NCBI RefSeq assembly: GCF_006345805.1
Contig: NC_043024.1
Span: 6,200,001-6,264,000, forward strand
Source: Octopus sinensis
Lineage: Eukaryota
Direction of reading: 5' to 3'
Length of the DNA stretch: 64,000 nt
Positions within the stretch are counted from its first letter, which is position 1. Every line of letters starts with the position of its first letter. Under the pieces are notes generated by a model that saw nothing but the letters and a program-made list of their open reading frames with translations, was not told the origin of the DNA and ran no database searches. Positions 1 through 13,301 of the stretch are shown here, piece after piece. A program made the translations under genes and the position numbers.

Positions 1-518
1 TAAGTGGTTTCACATGAATGGGAATAAATTAAAAATAAAATTATTGTGCAGAAATGGAAGTCCAGATGGAGCTGTGCACATACCGTTTACCACGGTTTTT
101 ACATTAGATTATCTGCTAATTAGCTAGCATTAAGTATCTATATGAAGTTTGGCTGTATGTAATGTCTGTTTTCTCGAACAGCCACTTCTGCTGAGTACTG
201 CTGTTGGTTTATTTCTTATACATAAAGGACTATAGTTTCAACTGCGTACTGCTTTTAATTCACCATAAGGTTTGTTGTTATTATTGTTACTGTTTAACTA
301 TTGTTATCACGTTTGTTGGTTCCTCGTAAGGGAAACGTTGTTGTGTTGCATTTGTTAAATAATTGTATACTGTAACCCCCCCCCCCATTTTGGGAGAAGG
401 AGCTTTGGTTATTGTTTAAAAATTGAATTGTGTCCCTGTTTGGGGAAATTGACTATATTTTCACCGTTTATACGGAAACATTTTTGTTAGAATGCCTTCG
501 ATAGAAAAAAGTCTAAAA

Positions 519-880
519 ATGAATTTCGCTGCAGCCGTCGGCGGGCGCGAACTCATTAAAATTAAAATAGAAGAAATACAAACCTATTTCGGATTGATCA
601 CCGACAAAGACGGTGAATCTAGGATAACACCACCAAACGAAATAAAAAATTAAATTAAAGAAAAGACTATTGTCTATAAAGTATACAATGTAGAGAAAAA
701 AAAAAGATTTGAACACCTGGAGGAAAGCACCATCGAAAAGTGTCTTGGCGCGACTATGAAAGATATCTAACCAGAGGCGGTAAATTCGCCACAATAGAAG
801 CAAGGTTCGAGTCAACGGAGCGTGCAAGGGAATACTCGATTCGAACCTTGCAAAGTGGAAATATTTTACTTTTACCTTTA
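519..880 (+). mobile_element. Possible decayed LINE ORF1-like fragment
   Basis: Coding-like A-rich text MNFAAAVGGR..KEKTIVYKVYNVEK..RYLTRGGKFATIEARFESTERAREYSIRTLQSGNILLLP, broken by a stop and frameshifts. The resemblance to L1/Tx1 ORF1 N-termini is by eye only. Confidence 0.35.
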
Positions 881-881
881 C

Positions 882-1274
882 TTTCGTGCGTACATATATA
901 CATACGTACGTACACACATTTAAAACACACATACACACACGTTCATTTACGAGTATACGTAGTTAGGCAGTTGGCGGATAAAAATTAAAAATGTCCCCCC
1001 AGAAGTAGAGGTAGGCTGGATTGTAACCACACTTCTATACAAGAGGGAGGACAAGATACAATTGATCGAAATTGCAAGAGACGGGCCTACAATTCCAGTC
1101 TGTTATATATTTTGAGTATTGTTATCACTAGCGATATCAAGATATAACTTTGTATTTTGTATTTTATGTGTAGATTTATATATATAGATGTACATGTAAT
1201 ATGTACACATACATATATACACATATATACATGCATTAGCACTATGACCCGGCAACGACGGGTCATAATGCTAG
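882..1274 (+). mobile_element. Non-autonomous Helitron, 3' portion
   Basis: Ends in the hairpin ATGACCCG-gcaacga-CGGGTCAT followed by CTAG|T (1271-1274). Close inverted copy at 46712-47007; partial inverted copy at about 1947-2043. Confidence 0.75.
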
Positions 1275-1347
1275 TATATGTGTGTGTGTGTGTGTGTGTA
1301 TGTGTGTATGTATGTATATATTATATATATATATGTATATAGATGTA

Positions 1348-1397
<50 letters not shown>

Positions 1398-2076
1398 ATA
1401 TACATACATAAATGTAGATTAAAACAGAACTGCTTATCCTAGCACCACCACCACCACCACCACCACCACACCACCACCACCACCACCACCAATATCACCG
1501 TATCCTCCCCACCACCTACTTTCACTCTTTTTACTTCAACTTTCATTATTGTTTACCATCAGCGGTGGTGATGGCGGTGGTCATGATGTTTGAATGTGGT
1601 AGCGGTTATATGCGACTTGCTGAACCATCTGTTGGCATACCACATGTTCTTTCATGAGATTTCTCCTTCTTTGGAGTCGCTGTTTCAAGATCACACTCAC
1701 ATGCACCCCCCTCTCTCTCTCACTCATGTATGTGTATATATATTTGTATGAGTGTGTGCGTATACAACTGCACCCAAGAAAAGAAATCATAGTACGTCAT
1801 GTGGAGTGTATATTTCTGTAGTTTAGCAGCCACTGACGCCCACGATCATTACTCTGAGTTTCATTGACACACAGACACGTGTTTAATCTTCCAGACAAAA
1901 CACTTCCTCTGCTTGTTGGAAAGATTTGGCATGTGTTTGCATGCGACAACTGCCTAACTACGTATATTCGTATATGAATGTGTGTGTATGTGTGTTTTAA
2001 ATTGTGTACGTACGCATGTATGTATATATGTACGCACGTAAGTATGTTCATGTGGATGTGTGTTTTGCTACTATTT

Positions 2077-2376
2077 TTAAGTATTCAAATTCTTCCATTG
2101 AAGAAGAACTGGTTTCTGACAAAGATACGAAGCTCCGTCTTTGGAATGTAGATAGCGAAAGTAATGTTGCACTTTAAACTTGAGAAAAGTCTTGCATAAT
2201 TTTACTGTTCCACTTACAGATTCTATTTGTAATGTGAGAATCATTTGGTTTATTTCTTTTCCCGTAAAACCAAGGGCTCCAATTATTGGTGTAAATGTAA
2301 ATTTGTAATCCGGATACGGAAGTTGGAGGTTTCGAAGCAGTTGCCCGTAGTTACCTCCTTTCTCCTTGATATTCAT
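2077..2376 (-). mobile_element. R4/Dong-like LINE, C-terminal restriction-like endonuclease fragment
   Basis: Y..L...L...YP.Y.F.F.PIIGALG....LQ..SV.GTVKLCKTFL motif typical of the C-terminus of RLE-type LINEs. Confidence 0.65.
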
Positions 2377-2633
2377 GCATGTATGTATGTATGTATGTAT
2401 GTATGTATGTATGTATGTATGTATGTATGTATGTATGTATGTATGTACGTCTGCCTGTCTGTCTGTCTCTATGTATGTATGTACGTATGGATGTATGTAT
2501 CTATGTATGCATTCATGTATATATGTAGATACAAGTGTGTGTATATATATATTTATTTATTTATATATGTATATAGATATGTCCATCTACCTGTCTGTCT
2601 GTCTCTCTTTCTACCCCTAGCCCCTGTATATAT

Positions 2634-2721
<88 letters not shown>

Positions 2722-2725
2722 CATA

Positions 2726-3430
2726 CAGGGGTTCGATAAAATAATGGAAACACCTTAAAATTTCAAACAAATCTATTTTAAATATGGGGTAGGACCGCCT
2801 TTGGCAGTAATTGAATTCTACGAGGTATGAACTCGTACAAAGTTTGAATCGTTTCCAACGAAATGTTTGTCCATTCTTCAGCTAAAACATGTCTCCAGTT
2901 CTTGTAGTGATGATGGTGGAGGATATCGACTCCTTACTTTTTTTTCTATAAAGCACCATAAATGTTCAATAATATTGAGATCTAGGGACTGTGGTGGCCA
3001 GATAAGATGTTCAACTTCACTATAATGTTCCTCGTGCCATTCAGTAACAACCTTAGCTGTGTGAATTGGTGGATTATCATCCTGAAAGATAGCGTTTCCT
3101 TCCGAAAACAGTTTCGCAACCATAGAATGAATTTGATCAGATAAAATACTTAAATAGTCTTGACTATTAATTCCGCCATGAAGGAAAACCATTAAGCCGG
3201 TGGATTTCCAAGATATAGCCCCCCCCCCACCGATCATCACAGATCCTCCTCCATGTTTAACAGTTGCAAGAAGGCAGTCTGGGTCAAATGCGACCAGTTT
3301 TTGTGGAAACTGGGTTCTCGAGGCGGTCATTAAGCTCTGCAGTAATTTTGGGGGCTGTACTTTTGTGATCCTTTCTAACAATTCACGTAAGAGTCCGACG
3401 GTCCTTATTTGAAAGTTTTGGTTTTCTTCC
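2726..3430 (-). mobile_element. Tc1 (DD34E-type) transposon, 3' half, pseudogenised
   Basis: TA|CAGGGGTTCGATAAAATAATGGAAACAC terminus at 2726. ORF 2878-3381 has TVKHGGGSVM, FQDDN.PIH and WPPQS.DLNIIEHLW. Confidence 0.92.
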
Positions 3431-3666
3431 GGGGGTAATAAATGAGCAGCTACGAGAGGAGTTAAACAAATAATAATTTTGTTTTATATAATTTTATTTT
3501 TAGGTTATAAATGTTTTTCTTTCTCATAGGAGTATTCATTTCATGTTTCCATAGAAACACCAAGAAATTTGATAAAAGTTAAGTTTTAGTTATTGTATGT
3601 ATGTATGTATGTCATATTTCCTGATATTTCTACCCATGGTAGCAAAAGTAAACTCTTCATAAATTA

Positions 3667-3770
3667 TCTATAATAATAAATGCCAAAACGAATTCCTGTG
3701 TGTCAGTGTGTCACGCGTTGACCCCATCTTTCATTATTCAATGACACTTCTTCTACTCCTCTTGCTGGGG
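3667..3770 (+). mobile_element. Helitron 5'-end fragment
   Basis: A|TCTATAATAATAAATGC..GTGTGTCAGTGTGTCAC. Related ends on the minus strand at about 34335-34383 and 34775-34870. Confidence 0.55.
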
Positions 3771-5060
3771 TGTGGCAAAATTATCTAACACATTTGTAGA
3801 TTTAATAGAAGTGAAATAGAGTAAAGAACGAAAACTGTGTTTTTATTTTCGAAAAGTACATATAATGCCATTTTGTTTCAATTGATGCCATTTGCGATAT
3901 TTTGATTCAATTCGTTTTCAGTTGCCAACATGAATTGAACAGGTAAGCATCACGCTTTCATTGTGGAAACGTTTATTAAGAACAACGAATCCGCAACTGC
4001 AACTCGAAGAGCGTTCTGTGTGCATTCCAGGTTTGGTAGACTTATTTCTTTACTGCTCACAAGGGGCTACACACAGAGGGCACAAACAAGGACAGATAAA
4101 CGGATTAAGTCGATTATATCGACCCCAGTGCAATCCCGAAGGGATGAAAGGCAAAGTCAACCTCGGCGGAATTTGAACTCAGAACGGAGCGGCACACGAA
4201 AAACATATTTCCACAGAGGGAACAAACAAGGACAGACAAACGGATTAAGTCGATTATATCGACCCCAGTGCGTAACTGGTACTTATTTAATCGACTCCGA
4301 AAGGATGAAAGGCAAAGTCGATCTCGGCGGAATTTGAACTCAGAACGTAGCGGCAGACGAAATACTGCTAAGCATTTCGCCCGGCGTGCTAACGACTCTG
4401 CCAGCTCACCGCCTTAGGTTTGGTAGACTTGATCACGTATCTACTCGAAATTCTGCGGGAGCAGAATTCAGCATTTGGGCTCCCTTCGTCTTCGAAGCAG
4501 ACAATGTTACAGTGACTGTGAACTCTGATCGATATTATGTGATGTTAGAGACTATTCTGAAACCCAAATTAAATGAACTAGATAGGGACAATGTTTGGTT
4601 TCAACCAGGATGGGGCAGCAGCCCACACTTGTCGATGTGCGATGGGGATTTTGAGGGAGATGCCCGTCGCTCACTTGATCTCATTGCTCGGTGACATCGG
4701 TTAGCCCACCCGATCACCTGATTTGAACCCGTGCGATTTTTTTTATGCGGGGATACATGAAATCAGGGGTAAACACTCATCGCCCTCGATTTATTGAACA
4801 ATTAAAAGATGTCATTCGTCAAGAAATTGCTGCCATTCCACATGAAATGACCCGTCGAGTTACAGACGACTTTCGTGAACGCCTTCGCCACTGTGTGGAC
4901 AATAACGGCACCGACCTAACTGATTAAATTTCAAAAACCGAATGAAACAAAATGGCATTGTATGTACGTTTCGAAAATGAAAACAGATTGTTCGTTCTTT
5001 ACTCTATTATTTCGCTTTTATTAAACCTACAAATATGTCAGATTGTTTTGCTGCACCCTG
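3766..5060 (+). mobile_element. DD41D (rosa-type) Tc1/mariner transposon, internally deleted, with SINE insertion
   Basis: Imperfect ~125-bp TIRs (3766-3890 / 4940-5060, right end CACCCTG|TA). N-terminus MN*TGKHHAFIVETFIKNNES; catalytic QDGA.AH...RSPDLNPCD with 41 residues counted between the second and third Asp. Confidence 0.9.
4044..4415 (-). mobile_element. tRNA-head SINE (Nin/Deu-like core), partly duplicated
   Basis: Perfect 15-bp TSD AGGTTTGGTAGACTT at 4029-4043 and 4416-4430; core GTCGACTTTGCCTTTCATCCTTTCGGGGTCGAT. Other copies at about 18861-19070, 27330-27561, 38030-38190, 43690-43900, 43950-44100 and 55981-56105. The core name is recalled, not searched. Confidence 0.88.
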
Positions 5061-5292
5061 TACGTATGTATGTACGTATATGTATATATATTTATGTGTA
5101 TAATATATATTTTGATTCAATTTTGAATATACACATGTGTATATATATATATATATATATATTATGATGAATAGAAATGAATAATCTTGTTGTAGATTAT
5201 CAAAAGTTAACCGATACCTTAGTAGCAAAAATCACGATTCTGTTCAATCTGCGTTCAGCTCCATTTCCTCAATTACAATAATGTTTTATATA

Positions 5293-5357
<65 letters not shown>

Positions 5358-5362
5358 CATAC

Positions 5363-5410
<48 letters not shown>

Positions 5411-5411
5411 G

Positions 5412-5444
<33 letters not shown>

Positions 5445-5455
5445 CTATATATATA

Positions 5456-5512
<57 letters not shown>

Positions 5513-5943
5513 ATATACATATATATGTATACACACAGAGGAAAAGACAGGGAGAATGAGGGAGAGAGAATAAATTTCATTGTGATAGAGTTACAACACC
5601 CATTTAAAAGACCGACAGACAAACACATTGAAAAAGTGCATCAGTGACAAATTGGTTGATAAAAAAAATGAAATAAAATTGGGACTTAATACTCATTATT
5701 TTGTATAAAATAAATCTCCCCGCTGCAGAATATAAGAAACTGTAACGTTATATGTGAGTTGGGAATGAATGCGACGGCTGACAATGGAAGGGGTAGCTTT
5801 GGTTCGAACACACAATACCAGCTCACTTCTGGTAATTAAGTACAGATTACTATGGTAACATTGTGCGCTTGTGTGTGTGTGTTTGTGAGTAAATATATAT
5901 GTATATATGTGTGTGTATATATGCATGTATGTATATGTGTGTT

Positions 5944-6020
<77 letters not shown>

Positions 6021-6146
6021 CTAGTAGATGCATAAATTGCACATATGGATGAATATGTATGTATGCATGTATAATACAAACATACATATATATTATGTGT
6101 ATATATATGTATGTGTGTATGTATATTCATATCTATCTATCTATCC

Positions 6147-6215
<69 letters not shown>

Positions 6216-6931
6216 ATTGTATACGTATGCACAATTGTGCATATACTTATAGATGTAGATGTTCGCAGTTACACATGCTCACACACACAACATATATATA
6301 TATATATATATATACAACATAAACATACACACACACACACATTTGCATACACATACACGCTCAGATAAATCACATGAAGAAAACTATGACTGTGCCGTGA
6401 AGTCTTAACTAAAATCTACACCATTAATTTGTTCGTCGTATCAGATATCACATTGTGAAGCGGCTGCTAGGTGGCGGGGTGGTCGACCTATTCTATACGA
6501 TTGCCTGTAGACGGCGGAGTGAGGAGGGGGGTCATACCCGTCGAGGTCAAATCTATTTTAAAGTTTGTAAAAGCAATCTGAGATACCCAGGGGTATAGAG
6601 CGGTAGGATGTCAACATGTGCATGAATGTATGCGTGTATGTGCGAGTACACATGCACACACATACACACACATACACACACACGCACACGCACGTTCACA
6701 CATACACAAACCCACATATGCAATGTATGCGTCACGCAAGAATGTGTAACGTGGTGTGTGTGTATATGTATGTGTATATATGTATGTATAGATGTATGTA
6801 TGCATGTATGTATGTATTCATGTATGTATGTATATATAAATATATATATAATATACATACATACATACATATACATGTAGGTCTGTATTATATATATGTG
6901 TTTGTATGTATGTGTTTGCGCGTGCAGTATG

Positions 6932-6982
<51 letters not shown>

Positions 6983-7439
6983 ATATATATAATATATATA
7001 TATATTATATATATACATATACATATATACATACGTATATATATATAATATATATATAGATATATATAAATACTTACATATATATATATATATGAGGAGT
7101 TTCTTTCACTTTCTGTGTACCAAATCTACCCACAAGACTATGGTCGGCCTGTAGCTATAGTCGAAGATATTTGTCAACGATGCCATGCTGTCGTACTGAA
7201 CCCAGGGTAAACTTAGTAAACTCATTTTAAATAAGTATGTATAAATAACTAGGAAAAAAATTATCTTAAATTATGGTCCAATACGTCCCAAGCTTTAAAT
7301 TGGTTTAATAATATTACTGCTAAGAATAAATATTAATTTTTACAAGCTGTCATTAGTCGTTAGTACTATTCTATTAACCCTTAATAAAACCTTCATTTTT
7401 AAAAATGAATTTTACTAATATTAGCAAGGAGGACATCAG

Positions 7440-8277
7440 TTTCATATTAACTGCAAGGCTATCTCTGATTAAATTTGATAATAAATACTAGGCTCGAAAG
7501 GACTCTTATAATAATTTTGAAATTACTATGGGATCTGCTGTCTCTGTACAGGTTACTGACATAGTCAGTAACCTGGGCAGAGAGAATTCACCTGCTATCC
7601 CAAATTAATAGTGAATTCCCTGAATTTATTGGTAGTCTTTATCGAGACGATACCCTTTTTGCTATTAAAAATACTACTCCTAGAAAACTGAACTTACATA
7701 AGAAAAACCTGCATAAATTTTTAAGAGGAATGGTTTAGCTATTTCCATCATAAAAGATAATTATTCTGTAAATTGTTTGGATGCCAACCTTAATCTTGTA
7801 ACTAGTAAGCATGAACCTTTTCATAAATCAAATACAAAGTTAAGATATATCAATTATAATAGCAATCATTCTGCTGCAATTAGAAATACCTTAATTTAAA
7901 ATATTAGAAAAAGAATATCATATTTATCATCTAATAAGAGTCTTTAGTAGGCATGCTGATTTCTATAATGCTGCACTAGAAAAGGTTGGGTTAAGGGCGG
8001 AATTAAATATATTAATGATAAACTTAAATTTAGTAATAATGTTAAATTTACTACTACTACTAATAATAATGATAATAAAAATATTAATGAGAATAATATG
8101 TATAATGATAATTATAATAACACTATGTATTACATTAAAACTAGGAACAGATATACTCCTTGCTTTAATTATCATAGTAATTACCTTATCATTTTAATAA
8201 TAATAATAATTAAAATAATAATAATAATTGTAATAATTATACCATTAGAAATTATAATAATGGCAATACTACTACTA

Positions 8278-8347
<70 letters not shown>

Positions 8348-8581
8348 GTAATAGTAATAAATAGTAATAAACCTAATTATATTTGGTACATAATCCCTTA
8401 TGCTATGAATATGATGACATGATTAATTAGACAAATATATAAATTAATTGATAAGCATTTCAATATGAATAACAAATACAGGCAAATAATTAATACTAAT
8501 AGTATCAGGATTAGTCATTGCTTAACCAAAAATTTATTTCGAATAAATTTATCTTTAAATAACAGAAAACTCAACAACTTT

Positions 8582-8650
<69 letters not shown>

Positions 8651-9125
8651 TGTATTAATAAATTCTGTAATTGTATTGGTAGATACCAACATAAAAATTT
8701 TTGTAATGAAGATAATATTGTATATAAATGTGAGATTGATGCTCTTAATAAGTATATGTACATTGGAGCAACATCTAATAAATTCACAATTCGCTTCTTT
8801 AACCACTTAAACAGTTTTAAGTATAGGAAAAAGATTAACTCAACTGGGTCTGAGTAAATTCATTTGAGGGCTTAAAGATTAGAAAGCAGATTTTAAATTA
8901 GACTGGAATATTATTAGGCATGCTAAATCTTATGACATCACAAACAAAAGATGTGAGCCTTGTACTAAAGAATTATATCAACAATATATTTCCCGTAAAT
9001 TACTTTTGAACATACATTCTGAAAAATGTTTAGCCTGTACTCTGCGAGTACATTTCTTTTTGCTAAATATAAGTAGATTTCTAATATTTCATTAGTATTA
9101 AGGAATAACAAATCTGACATATTTA
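7440..9125 (+). mobile_element. Penelope-like retroelement (RT + GIY-YIG), decayed
   Basis: FEITMGS, GSLYRDD (catalytic), VNCLDANLNL, YINYNSNH, RISYLSS, YNAAL..G, IWYIIPY, LIDKHF, CNC, NIVYKCEI...YIGATSNKF..RFFNH..SF, LLNIHSE. Many stops and frameshifts. Confidence 0.88.
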
Positions 9126-10159
9126 GATTGTTGAAAAATCGACAATAGAGACCTTCCAATTGATCTTTATATTTTCTACATATTACTAATATTTTATTTA
9201 AACAACCCTAAGGGAAATATCCCATACCACCTGCAGATTTTAGCGAAGCGATCAATATTTAATTCTCACGATCAGCCGACCTAATTCTGCATTTCACTAC
9301 TCGAACTGCTAAACATTATTATTGCACTTCCTTAATTTGAATCTTAAACCTTAAAGACTTCATTCATACATTTCTATACATACATACTTTTTTGAATGCC
9401 CATTACTCCGATAATTCTGCATTTTTACAGTTACACTTTTTCCATGAAATTAGATAAATTTTTTATTCCATGACGTATTTGTAGTGGCTTCATGCAGGCA
9501 TAGAGTAGATTCGATCCTCGATTGCCAAATTTCACTTAACACTTCAACAGCGCTTTTCTCATGGTAAAACAATAGTTTTTCTGTGAATGACAGCCGTTAT
9601 ACATTTCCCAGATGCCTTCGCTTAGCAGAATAATGTCTTTGCCTCTCGCCACCTCCGACAACCTCTCTCGCCAACCTACAACAATCTCTCGCTCTTCCAG
9701 CTGAAAGATTTTTGTACTTTTTCATGACGGAAAATACACCTTTTGGGGGAGTTATAACGAAATTGCTTTCTTATATCAGAGTAATAAGGCATTTCAATAG
9801 AACATCTTTACCCCCGGGAATTACAGGGCACACCAGCTAAAATACACACACACACACAATTTGAGGAAGCACTTTCCCTGTAAGGGATTGTAAACAACAA
9901 TCCAGATGCCAACTGAGTTTTATCAGATATATTGATTGAAAGTTCCTCAATATATATGTATAAACAGTCTCATAAATTACACATGAATCCTACACATGTT
10001 TCAATCTGACAGTAGTTTTGAATCACCAATATTGTAACTTTTATAGATATAATAAAACATATATTGCCAGTTATCTTCTGGGAGAAGTAAATATATTTTC
10101 TAGTCTTGAATTACAAATAAGTCATTTTGTAATTCAAGACTGGAAAATATACTTACTTT

Positions 10160-10258
10160 TCGCTGACGAAATCCAGCAGTACATCGTTTATTACATCTAT
10201 AAAAGTTACAATATTGATGATTCAAACATACTGTCGGATTGAAACATGTGTAGGATTC
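10160..10258 (+). ncRNA. Type I hammerhead-like motif (weak stem I)
   Basis: CTGACGA (10163-10169), stem II AATCCAGCAGTA/TACTGTCGGATT, GAAA (10241-10244), CATGT, GTA. A partial inverted copy lies at 9986-10060. Confidence 0.55.
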
Positions 10259-10410
10259 TTTTAATATCTTTTGTTATTTTGTTGATGTGGTTCCTTTTTA
10301 TTTGTTCTTATAGGCATCCCTTTTAATTGTACTACTTTTCCATTGTGATACAAATAAAATGAACCAAGCGTCTATTATTTTTCTTCTCCATTTCTTTTAT
10401 TGACTTTATA

Positions 10411-10487
<77 letters not shown>

Positions 10488-10675
10488 CAAAGCAATATTA
10501 AATCTCTGAGTGAGAAGTAAACAGTAGCAGGTTGAGGCTAGAATGAGAACGATGATGTCTCCATTAGCCAGCTGGAGATCTCCTCATTGGGCTAAAAACA
10601 ACAGTAGCTTCATCCTCTATGGGACTGCCACATTTAGTTGCAATTATATTTTACAATATATATATATATATACAT

Positions 10676-11035
10676 AGTTGAAAAATATCGTTTATAAATA
10701 TACCATAAACAATAATAGAAAAATGGAGGAGAAAAAGATGCTGAATCAAAATTAGATTTAATACAGAATAGCATTCAATACATATACGCGTTTCAAAGGA
10801 CAATACAAGTATGTAAGAAAAAAATTATAACTATAGTAATTATAATTAATATAAAATTTACGCATTGTCATTTTCATCAGTGTGAGGAATTTATGCAGAG
10901 AAAAAACAATGAGAACTTAAGAAGGAAAAAACATCGATCAGACAAGACCGGCTGGTGTATTCAAGATATCTTCTCCTCCATTTTTCTATAATTGTTTATG
11001 GTATATCTATACCTATAACGATATTTTTCAACTAC
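10676..11035 (-). mobile_element. Inverted-repeat-flanked cassette with central hammerhead-like motif
   Basis: ~60-bp inverted arms (10676-10738 / 10968-11035). Minus strand reads CTGATGA (10880-10874), stem II AAATGACAATGCG/TGTATTGTCCTTT, GAAA, CGCG, TA. Confidence 0.6.
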
Positions 11036-11160
11036 AATTTTCATATTCTTATTACTTGCTTAGCTGTTTTTTTTATGAATATGATGAATCTTTATTAGAA
11101 ATCATTCTTCTCTCTTTTTGAATTGTTCTCTTTGAACTTAATTTTCCCCATATATATATA

Positions 11161-11201
<41 letters not shown>

Positions 11202-11473
11202 TATATATATATATATATATATAAATATATATATATTATACATAAATACATACATAACATATATATATATACATATACGTACATATACACAACACATATA
11301 AATATATTTTTTTTTCTCACTCACATATCACCATATATTGGGAAAACTAAATAAAAAAAGAAATAAAAATATAAAGAAATAGTTAAAATAAGCTATCATA
11401 CCCCACTATAACAATTTATAAATATATAAACATAATAAATATTACATATTTCTAGCAAAAAATGTCCATTAAT

Positions 11474-11522
<49 letters not shown>

Positions 11523-11714
11523 TTATATAATATTATATAATATATATATAATATTTAACCTGCTTTGCAGGTTAAAGGACACCGTGACGGTGTCAAGCCT
11601 ATCTAGCACGTCGATGTTCGCCTGGGGCTAAATGACAACAGTAACCCCCACCACCCTGCCCTGTCCCAGCCATATTCAGATGGCTTTAGTCCCTTATGTA
11701 TATAATATTTATTT

Positions 11715-11850
11715 TACGTAAATTATTTTTGAACATACACTCTTAAAAAATTTTAGCCTGTAACCATGCGAGTAAATTATCTTTGCTAAATATAAGTAGA
11801 TTTCTAATATTTCATTAGTATTAATGAATAATAAATTTGACTGATTTTGC
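11715..11850 (+). mobile_element. Second copy of the Penelope-like 3' end, inside a fold-back
   Basis: Matches 8995-9120. Flanked by ~220-bp inverted arms at about 11265-11475 and 11984-12200. Confidence 0.7.
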
Positions 11851-12230
11851 ATTATTTATTTAGTTGATATTAATATATCATTAATGTATCTTTAGTACTA
11901 ATATTTATACAGATGATATAACTCAGAGAAGGGATAGTAATTATATGATATAAATTATTTTCTATATTATTTTTAATTATTTAATTAATGGACGTTTTTG
12001 GCTAGAAATATGTAGTATTTATGTTTATATATTTATAAATTGTATAGTGGGGGTATGATAGCTTATTTTAACTATTTTCTTTATATTTTTTTTCTTTTTT
12101 TATTTAGTTTTCCCAATATATGGTGATATGTGAGTGAGAAAAAATACATGTATATTTATATTTGCGTGTGTGTCTATGTACGTATATGTATATATATATG
12201 TCATGTATGTATGATTTATATATATATAAC

Positions 12231-12261
<31 letters not shown>

Positions 12262-12271
12262 TTATATATAT

Positions 12272-12339
<68 letters not shown>

Positions 12340-12942
12340 GGAATTTATAGGAAAACAAAGACCAAGACAGGTGTGTAAAACAACAAACAGGTGTTGATTA
12401 GTTTAACACTCGGGAAGGTGAGAAAGTTTTTCATGTTTCGAGCCTATGCTCTTCAACAGAAAGGAAGACAAGAAAATAAACAGAGAGAGAAAAAAAAGCT
12501 TTAGCGGCTATCTTTTATCTTCATGTTTATTTTTTTTTCCAAATGTTCATATTTTTTTTATCTATAAGTCTATATATTTTTTACTTTTAATTTTTATTTA
12601 TCCATATGTTTATATGTTTATATTTGTGGATATTTATCTACCTATTTGTGTATGTTCATATGATGGGTATATATGCATATAATTGTATATGTATAAGTTG
12701 TTTATGTGTGTGTATGTGTATATGTTGTGTATATTTCCATATAAATTTATGTGGGAATATCTATATGTATAAATATGTGTGTATGTATACATGTGTGTGT
12801 ATGGATGTGTGTGTGTATATATAAATATATATATATAATGTGTGTGTAAGGATATATATATACATATATATAAGTTCAGTAAATTTAGATTCAGTTGAAT
12901 ATGGTACTTAAGTTAAAGGCACCAGAATTTGGTATGGTATTA

Positions 12943-12996
<54 letters not shown>

Positions 12997-13219
12997 GATA
13001 TTTATGTATGCATTCAGGTATGTTATTGTTGGGTGTGTGTATACATAACTATTTATAGTTCATCAACAATTTTGCAATTTTAATAAAAAAATCCATATTA
13101 CTCTACCTTGGTATTCGAGTACTATTTTTTCACCTTGTTCTGCATTTGTGTGCTTTTCGTGTGTATCGATCTATCTATCTATCCATATCCATTATCCGTC
13201 CATCCATCCATATATATAT

Positions 13220-13300
<81 letters not shown>

Positions 13301-13301
13301 G

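Noticed and set aside
5281-7059. Numerous ORFs rich in YI, CV or HT dipeptides here and throughout the window
   Set aside because: They are translations of (TA)n, (TG)n and (TACA)n microsatellites, which lack stop codons in some frames.
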